A stretch of DNA of 64,000 bases from Alphaproteobacteria bacterium (GTDB lineage: Bacteria > Pseudomonadota > Alphaproteobacteria > Rhizobiales > Devosiaceae): positions 5,458 through 69,457 of the forward strand of contig JAHJQZ010000068.1 of assembly GCA_018818925.1 (NCBI GenBank), given 5' to 3'. The notes beneath the pieces were generated by a model. That model had not been told where the DNA came from and searched no databases. It was given only the letters and a program-made list of their open reading frames with translations. Position 1 is the first letter of the stretch. Every line of letters starts with the position of its first letter. Below, one piece after another: positions 59,040-64,000 of this stretch. Made by a program: the position numbers and the translations under genes.

Positions 59040-60803
59040 ATGAAGGCCCCACCTTCCGCGCAGGATTTGCCAAAAAGAGGGCGTCGCGTGATCGAGCCTG
59101 CCGCCGAAACGCTGACCCGCATGATCCGGGCCGGTCGCGGGCATGAACCCGCCGATCTTGTGATCCGCGACGTGCGGCGGCTCGACATCGTCACCGGCGA
59201 TATCACCGAAACCGACATCGCCATTGTCGCCGACCGCATTGTCGGCACGCATGGACGCTATGAGGGCAAGACGAGTATCGACGGACGCGGGCGCTTCGCC
59301 GTGCCCGGCTTCATCGACACCCATTTGCACATCGAATCCTCGCTGGTCACCCCGCTCGAATTCGACCGCTGCGTCTTGCGCCATGGCGTCACGACCGTCA
59401 TCTGCGACCCCCATGAGATCGCCAATGTCACCGGCGCCCAGGGCATCGCCTATTTCCTCGCCTCGGCCGAGGAGGCGATCATGGACATCCGCGTCAACCT
59501 GTCGTCCTGCGTGCCGGCGACGCCGTTCGAGACCTCGGGCGCTCGGCTCGAGATCGACGACCTGCTGCCTTTCCGCGATCATCCCAAGGTCATCGGCCTC
59601 GCCGAGATGATGAATTTCCCCGGCGTGCTCAATGGCGAACCGGGCATCATCGCCAAGCTCGTCGCCTTCCAGGACGGGCACATGGACGGCCACGCGCCGC
59701 TGCTGTCGGGGCAAGACCTCAACGGCTATCTGAGCGCCGGCATCCGCACCGACCACGAGGCGACGACCGCCGCCGAGGCGCGCGAGAAGCTCGGCAAGGG
59801 CATGGCCATCCTCATCCGCGAGGGGTCCGTCTCCAAGGATCTCGACGCCCTTGCCGAAGTGCTCGACCAAAACACCTCGTCGTTCATGGCGCTTTGCACC
59901 GACGACCGCAATCCGCTCGACATCGGCGAGGAAGGCCATCTCGACGCCCTGATCCGCCGCCTCATCGCCAGGGGACGGCCATTGCATCACGTCTACCGCG
60001 CCGCCTCGCATTCGGCGGCACGCATTTTCGGCCTCAAGGACCGCGGCCATGTCGCGCCGGGCTGGCGGGCCGACATCGTCTTGCTCGACAGCCTCGAAGC
60101 CTGCACGGTCAGCGATGTCGTGACCGCCGGAAGGCTGGTGACCGACGCGCTGTTCGACAGCCGCAAGGCGGTCGCGCCGGTCGGGCTCGATTCGATGAAG
60201 GCTCACCCGGTGACGCCGGACGTCTTCGTCACCGAGCCGAACCCGGGCCACAACGAAACGCCGGTGATCGGTGTCCGCCCGGGCAAGATCATCACCTACA
60301 GGGAATCGGCGGTGCTCGAACGCGGCCCCTCCGGCCTCGAGCCCGACCTCGATGCCGACGTCATCAAGGTCGCCGTGCTCGAACGGCACGGCAAAAACGG
60401 CAATATCGGCCGCGCCTTCGTCAAGGGCTTCGGCCTCAAGAAAGGCGCCATCGCCTCATCGGTCGGCCATGACAGCCACAACATAACCGTTATTGGCACC
60501 AACGATGCCGACATGGCTCTGGCGGTCAATCGCGTGATCGCAATGCAGGGCGGCTTTGCCGTCGCGGAAGCCGGCCGCATCACCGCCGATCTCGCCCTTC
60601 CGATCGCCGGGCTGATGAGCACCGTGCCGTTCGAGCAGATTTCCGCGAACCTTCACGATCTGCGCAGTGCCGCCTACGACCTGGGCTGCGTGCTGCCCGA
60701 ACCGTTCCTGCAGGTGTCGTTCCTGGCCCTGCCCGTCATTCCGCATCTGAAGATGACCGACCGCGGCCTGTTCGATGTGGATGCGTTCGATTTTGTGGTC
60801 TGA
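59040..60803 (+). CDS. ade: Adenine deaminase
   Basis: 'VPGFIDTHLHIESS', 'GVTTVICDPHEIANV', 'LAEMMNFPGV', 'DGHAP', 'IRTDHEA', 'CTDDR', 'VGHDSHNI'. An alternative GTG start at 59088 has a better RBS (AAGAGGG). Confidence 0.9.
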   Translation: MKAPPSAQDLPKRGRRVIEPAAETLTRMIRAGRGHEPADLVIRDVRRLDIVTGDITETDIAIVADRIVGTHGRYEGKTSIDGRGRFAVPGFIDTHLHIESSLVTPLEFDRCVLRHGVTTVICDPHEIANVTGAQGIAYFLASAEEAIMDIRVNLSSCVPATPFETSGARLEIDDLLPFRDHPKVIGLAEMMNFPGVLNGEPGIIAKLVAFQDGHMDGHAPLLSGQDLNGYLSAGIRTDHEATTAAEAREKLGKGMAILIREGSVSKDLDALAEVLDQNTSSFMALCTDDRNPLDIGEEGHLDALIRRLIARGRPLHHVYRAASHSAARIFGLKDRGHVAPGWRADIVLLDSLEACTVSDVVTAGRLVTDALFDSRKAVAPVGLDSMKAHPVTPDVFVTEPNPGHNETPVIGVRPGKIITYRESAVLERGPSGLEPDLDADVIKVAVLERHGKNGNIGRAFVKGFGLKKGAIASSVGHDSHNITVIGTNDADMALAVNRVIAMQGGFAVAEAGRITADLALPIAGLMSTVPFEQISANLHDLRSAAYDLGCVLPEPFLQVSFLALPVIPHLKMTDRGLFDVDAFDFVV

Positions 60804-60862
60804 TTTCGCGGCCGGCGCCCTGTGAGGGCGCTGCCGCTCCATCACTTCCGGGAGACGCATAA

Positions 60863-62503
60863 GTGAGCGCTGCCTCCGTCATTCTCGCCCATCTGTTCGG
60901 CTTGCCGCCGGCCCGCAGCACCATCGGGCCGCCCAGCGAAATCGACATCGTCACCGCGCCCGGCATCGCGCTCAAGACCCGCATCTACCGTCCCGCCGAA
61001 CCGGGCCGCTACCCGACCCTTCTGATGCGCGTGCCCTATGGCTTTCTCGGATTCGCCCCCGTCGCCGAGGCCTATGCCGAGCAGGGCTTCAATTCCGTCA
61101 TCCAGGCCTGCCGCGGCACCGGCGGCTCGCCCGGCGAGTTCGACCCGCTGCGCCACGAGCGCGACGACGGCCTGGCCATCCTCGACTGGCTCAAGGCGCA
61201 GTCCTGGTTCGACGGCCGGCTCGGCCTGACCGGTCCGTCCTATCTCGGCTATGCGCAATGGGCGATCTGCGACGAACTGCCAAAGACCTCGGCCATGGCC
61301 GTCCAGGCCTCCAGCGCCGATTTCGAACAGATCGTGTTTCCCGGCAATTCGTTCTCGCTGCAGCTCTGGCTGAGCTGGCTGCAGATCGTCGAGGGATTGA
61401 CCGACGCGCCCATGAGCGCCGGGCTGCAGATCATGTTCGGCAATGTCGAGCGCCAGACCTTTCGCGCCGCCAATAACCTGCCGCTGATCGATAGCGACGT
61501 CGAGGTCGTCGGGCACGAGGTGCCGTTCTGGCGCCGCTGGTTCCGCGAGGCCATCGGCAATGAGCGTTTCTGGGCACCGCTCGACCAGCGCCCGCGCATG
61601 TCGGAAACCACCCCGCCCAACCATCTGGTCTCCGGCTGGTACGATCTGATGCTCGAGGGGCTGTTGAGCGACTATCAGCGCCTGGTTTCGCTTGGCCACA
61701 GGCCCTATCTGACCGTCGGCAACTGGCATCACATCTCGCCGGAGCTGCAGGTTGAAAGCGTGCGCGCCACCATCCCGTGGATGCGCGCCCATCTCGAGGG
61801 CGACACATCGCTCCTGCGCCAGAACCCGGTCCGCATCGAGATCACCGGCGGCGTTGGCTGGCGCGAATTCAACAGCTTCCCGCCGCCCGGCGTCTCGAAA
61901 GCCGGCCTCTTCCTGCACGAAGCGAGTCGCCTCGACAGCGCCCCGCCCGAAGACGGCCAGCCGCTCCGCTTCACCTATGATCCCGCCAAGCCGACGCCGA
62001 GCGTCGGCGGCGCCTATTTCGCCTTTTCCGGCGCCGGCGCGCTCGACAACCGCAAGCTCGAGGCCCGCAACGATGTTCTGGTCTTCACCTCCGGCCGCCT
62101 CGTCGAAGACGTGACCGTCATCGGCCAGCCGGTACTGACGCTGTTTGCCAGCTCGAGCGCCACCCACACCGATTTCTTCGCCCGCATCTGCGACGTCTCG
62201 CCCTCCGGCGCCTCGACCAATATCGCCGACGCCATAATGCGCATCCGTCCCGGCGACCCGGTGCCCGATGACGATGGCGTCTTGCAGATCGAGATCGCCA
62301 TGCACCATTGCGCCCACCGCTTCGCGCGCGGCCACATGATCCGGTTGCAGGTCTCCTCCGGCGCCCATCCGCGTTTCGCCCGCAATCTCGGCACGCCCGA
62401 CCCGATCGGCACCGCCATGCACATGGTCAAACAGAACCAAACGGTCTATTTCGACAGCGCCCGCCCGAGCCGACTGATCCTGCCGGTTGCGGCCATCTCC
62501 TGA
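60863..62503 (+). CDS. CocE/NonD family hydrolase (X-Pro dipeptidyl-peptidase S15-like)
   Basis: 'YPTLLMRVPYG', 'RGTGGSPGEF', 'ERDDGLAILDWL', nucleophile elbow 'GPSYLGY', and a C-terminal beta-sandwich. GTG start after GGAG. Confidence 0.85.
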   Translation: MSAASVILAHLFGLPPARSTIGPPSEIDIVTAPGIALKTRIYRPAEPGRYPTLLMRVPYGFLGFAPVAEAYAEQGFNSVIQACRGTGGSPGEFDPLRHERDDGLAILDWLKAQSWFDGRLGLTGPSYLGYAQWAICDELPKTSAMAVQASSADFEQIVFPGNSFSLQLWLSWLQIVEGLTDAPMSAGLQIMFGNVERQTFRAANNLPLIDSDVEVVGHEVPFWRRWFREAIGNERFWAPLDQRPRMSETTPPNHLVSGWYDLMLEGLLSDYQRLVSLGHRPYLTVGNWHHISPELQVESVRATIPWMRAHLEGDTSLLRQNPVRIEITGGVGWREFNSFPPPGVSKAGLFLHEASRLDSAPPEDGQPLRFTYDPAKPTPSVGGAYFAFSGAGALDNRKLEARNDVLVFTSGRLVEDVTVIGQPVLTLFASSSATHTDFFARICDVSPSGASTNIADAIMRIRPGDPVPDDDGVLQIEIAMHHCAHRFARGHMIRLQVSSGAHPRFARNLGTPDPIGTAMHMVKQNQTVYFDSARPSRLILPVAAIS

Positions 62504-62519
62504 AACCAACGAGGAACGG

Positions 62520-62563
62520 TTGACAGGCCGTCCTTGTCATTTTATGTATCTAATTAGTTACAT
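62520..62563 (+). promoter_or_regulatory. Candidate promoter TTGACA-N17-TATGTA overlapped by the near-perfect 20-bp palindrome ATGTATCTAATTAGTTACAT (candidate ArsR operator)
   Basis: Read directly. The palindrome 62544-62563 has 2 mismatched positions and ends 15 nt upstream of the arsR-family ATG. Confidence 0.45.
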
Positions 62564-62578
62564 AATTGCGAATGCACC

Positions 62579-62899
62579 ATGTCAACCACCAACAATGCTG
62601 ACCGCATCTTTCATGCCATCGCCGACCCCACACGTCGGGCGATCCTCGATCGTCTTCGGGCCGGTCCGGTCAACGCCGGAACACTGGCAGACGGATTTTC
62701 GCAAAGCCGGCCTGCCATTTCGAAGCATGTCCGGGTATTACGTGAGTCTCAACTGGTAGTCGAGACCAGGATCGGTCGCGAACGCTTCTACGAAGTCAAC
62801 CCAATTCCCCTGCAAACGGTCGCCGGCTGGCTGGAAGGCTATCGCGCCTTCTGGCAAGTCAGCCTGGACAGACTGAAGCGTAACCTAGAGGATAAATAA
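62579..62899 (+). CDS. ArsR/SmtB family transcriptional regulator
   Basis: 'IFHAIADPTRRAILDRLRAGPVNAGTLADGFSQSRPAISKHVRVLRESQLV' is an ArsR HTH. Confidence 0.9.
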   Translation: MSTTNNADRIFHAIADPTRRAILDRLRAGPVNAGTLADGFSQSRPAISKHVRVLRESQLVVETRIGRERFYEVNPIPLQTVAGWLEGYRAFWQVSLDRLKRNLEDK

Positions 62900-63363
62900 T
62901 GAAGTCATCGCTAAGTGCCGCTCGCGCCGTTGCCGACCTCAACGAAGGTGCGATTTACGCATCCGTTGAAATTGCCGCTCCACCCGATCGGGTTTTTCGC
63001 GCTCTGGCGTCCGAGGAAATCGTCAACTGGTGGGTCAATCCCGGCATTTTCGACACGAGAGACTGGACGGGTGATGTCCGGGTCGGTGGCCGTTGGCGGG
63101 CCTCGGGCGTAGCGCGTGGCGAAGAATATGTCCTCGAAGGCGAATTCCTCGAGGTCGAGCCACCGCGCCGGCTTGTTCACACCTGGCAACGGATCGGCTC
63201 CGCCATGCCGCCCTCGACCTTGGAATACAGGCTCGACGCCATCGAAGGCGGAACGCGTATCACTCTCAAGCATTGCGGTTTCGTCGCGCCGCAGGTTACC
63301 GGCAACAATGCCGTCGGCTGGGAGACGAGTTTTGCCGCACTGGTCGCGCTGTTGGAAAGATAG
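62899..63363 (+). CDS. SRPBCC-superfamily protein (AHSA1/START-like)
   Basis: ATAATG overlap with the ArsR gene. 'APPDRVFRALASEEIVNWW', 'LVHTWQ', 'TRITLKH'. This is the typical ArsR-SRPBCC pair. Confidence 0.85.
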   Translation: MKSSLSAARAVADLNEGAIYASVEIAAPPDRVFRALASEEIVNWWVNPGIFDTRDWTGDVRVGGRWRASGVARGEEYVLEGEFLEVEPPRRLVHTWQRIGSAMPPSTLEYRLDAIEGGTRITLKHCGFVAPQVTGNNAVGWETSFAALVALLER

Positions 63364-63448
63364 GTCGACGACATCCCGCAAGCCCGGCCAACCCGGTTTC
63401 CACTGTCGCCACCTGCGGCAGTGGAATCCATGAGAGCGCCTTTAGCAA

Positions 63449-63537
63449 GGTTGCTACCGGTTTTGCGGTTCGAAAACGCAACGAAGCAAAAGGTTGGATC
63501 ATTTCCGTGTTTCTGTGAAACAGTGAAATGATCCAGA
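63449..63537 (+). repeat. Dispersed intergenic repeat, copy C, ending in a long hairpin (possible bidirectional terminator between the SRPBCC gene and glcB)
   Basis: Core taccggttttgcggttcgaa at 63455-63474. Hairpin GGATCATTTC (63496-63505) pairs with GAAATGATCC (63525-63534), with an inner GTTTC-tgt-GAAAC. Confidence 0.65.
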
Positions 63538-63564
63538 TGCACAGGCTGATTTGACGGGGACGCC

Positions 63565-64000
63565 CTACCCCGCCTTCGCCCGGGCCCGCATCTCGTGAAG
63601 GATCGGCTCGGTATAGCCAGAGGGCTGGCTGGCACCTTCGAACACCAGCCTCAGCGCCGCCTTGAAGGCGACCGAGTGGTCGAAATTGCCGTCCATCTTC
63701 TGATAGAGCGGATCGCCCATGTTCTGGCTGTCGACCATTTTCGCCATGCGCCTGAAAACTTCTTCGACCTCGTCCTGCGTCACCACGCCATGCAGCAGCC
63801 AGTTGGCGATGTGCTGGGATGAAATCCTCAGCGTCGCCCGGTCCTCCATCAGCGCCGTATTGCCGATATCGGGCACCTTGGAGCAGCCGATCCCCTGCTG
63901 CACCCAGCGAACGACATAGCCGAGAATGCCCTGGGCGTTGTTTTCGACCTCCCTGACGATCTCGTCCCGGCTCAGCGATCTGGGCTCGAGCACCGGCATG
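63565..64000 (-). CDS. glcB: Malate synthase G, C-terminal part (gene continues beyond the window)
   Basis: '[50 protein letters not shown]' matches the conserved C-terminus of GlcB. The ORF is open to the window edge. Confidence 0.9.
   Translation of the reverse strand, partial: MPVLEPRSLSRDEIVREVENNAQGILGYVVRWVQQGIGCSKVPDIGNTALMEDRATLRISSQHIANWLLHGVVTQDEVEEVFRRMAKMVDSQNMGDPLYQKMDGNFDHSVAFKAALRLVFEGASQPSGYTEPILHEMRARAKAG

Noticed and set aside
56581-59073. 830-aa minus-strand ORF
   Set aside because: It is the antisense shadow of the GGDEF-EAL gene. Its translation is low-complexity and it has no recognisable domains.
60842-62509. 555-aa minus-strand ORF
   Set aside because: It is the antisense shadow of the CocE/NonD hydrolase gene and has the same compositional artefact.

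Overview
This is a high-GC, densely coding chromosomal segment whose gene content and intergenic repeats look like an alphaproteobacterium of the Rhizobiales/Hyphomicrobiales type (inference only). I can support about 70 CDS and one tRNA-Ala(CGC). I saw no rRNA, CRISPR array, transposase, integrase or phage genes.

Most of the window is housekeeping or ordinary catabolism:
- a tRNA-flanked sugar locus (GH88/GH105 hydrolase, CUT1 ABC importer, two Gfo/Idh/MocA dehydrogenases, RhaM, IclR)
- mog, a PfkB kinase and psuG
- potFGHI
- petABC, apt and trmL
- hemF, cca, a CoA pyrophosphatase, yqjG-type GST, sqr, a P-type ATPase, an MFS/MarR pair, a GGDEF-EAL sensor, adenine deaminase, an ArsR/SRPBCC pair, and the 3' end of glcB

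The least ordinary stretch is a small accessory-looking islet at about 30.9-35.9 kb, between trmL and a TetR gene. It contains:
- a RelE/Phd toxin-antitoxin pair
- a secreted EF-hand protein
- a secreted PAN/Apple-domain protein, followed by a fucolectin-like F5/8 type C domain that has no start codon covering the whole domain (split or decayed lectin gene)
- a 640-bp AT-rich non-coding gap with palindromes
- a ~165-bp 5' region (promoter, RBS and signal-peptide codons) present twice, once ahead of a DUF2202 ferritin-like gene and once ahead of an uncharacterisable 73-codon ORF

Other points worth a second look:
- a murL-murD2-like pair (alternative D-Glu route for peptidoglycan)
- a periplasmic bactofilin-like beta-helix fused to a polytopic membrane domain
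- a P1B-5-like ATPase with no soluble metal-binding domains
- a GGDEF protein with a degenerate EAL domain
- an 897-bp gene-free region upstream of sqr
- three families of intergenic palindromic or dispersed repeats

I found no clear complete novel multi-gene system. Functional claims beyond family assignment are inference.
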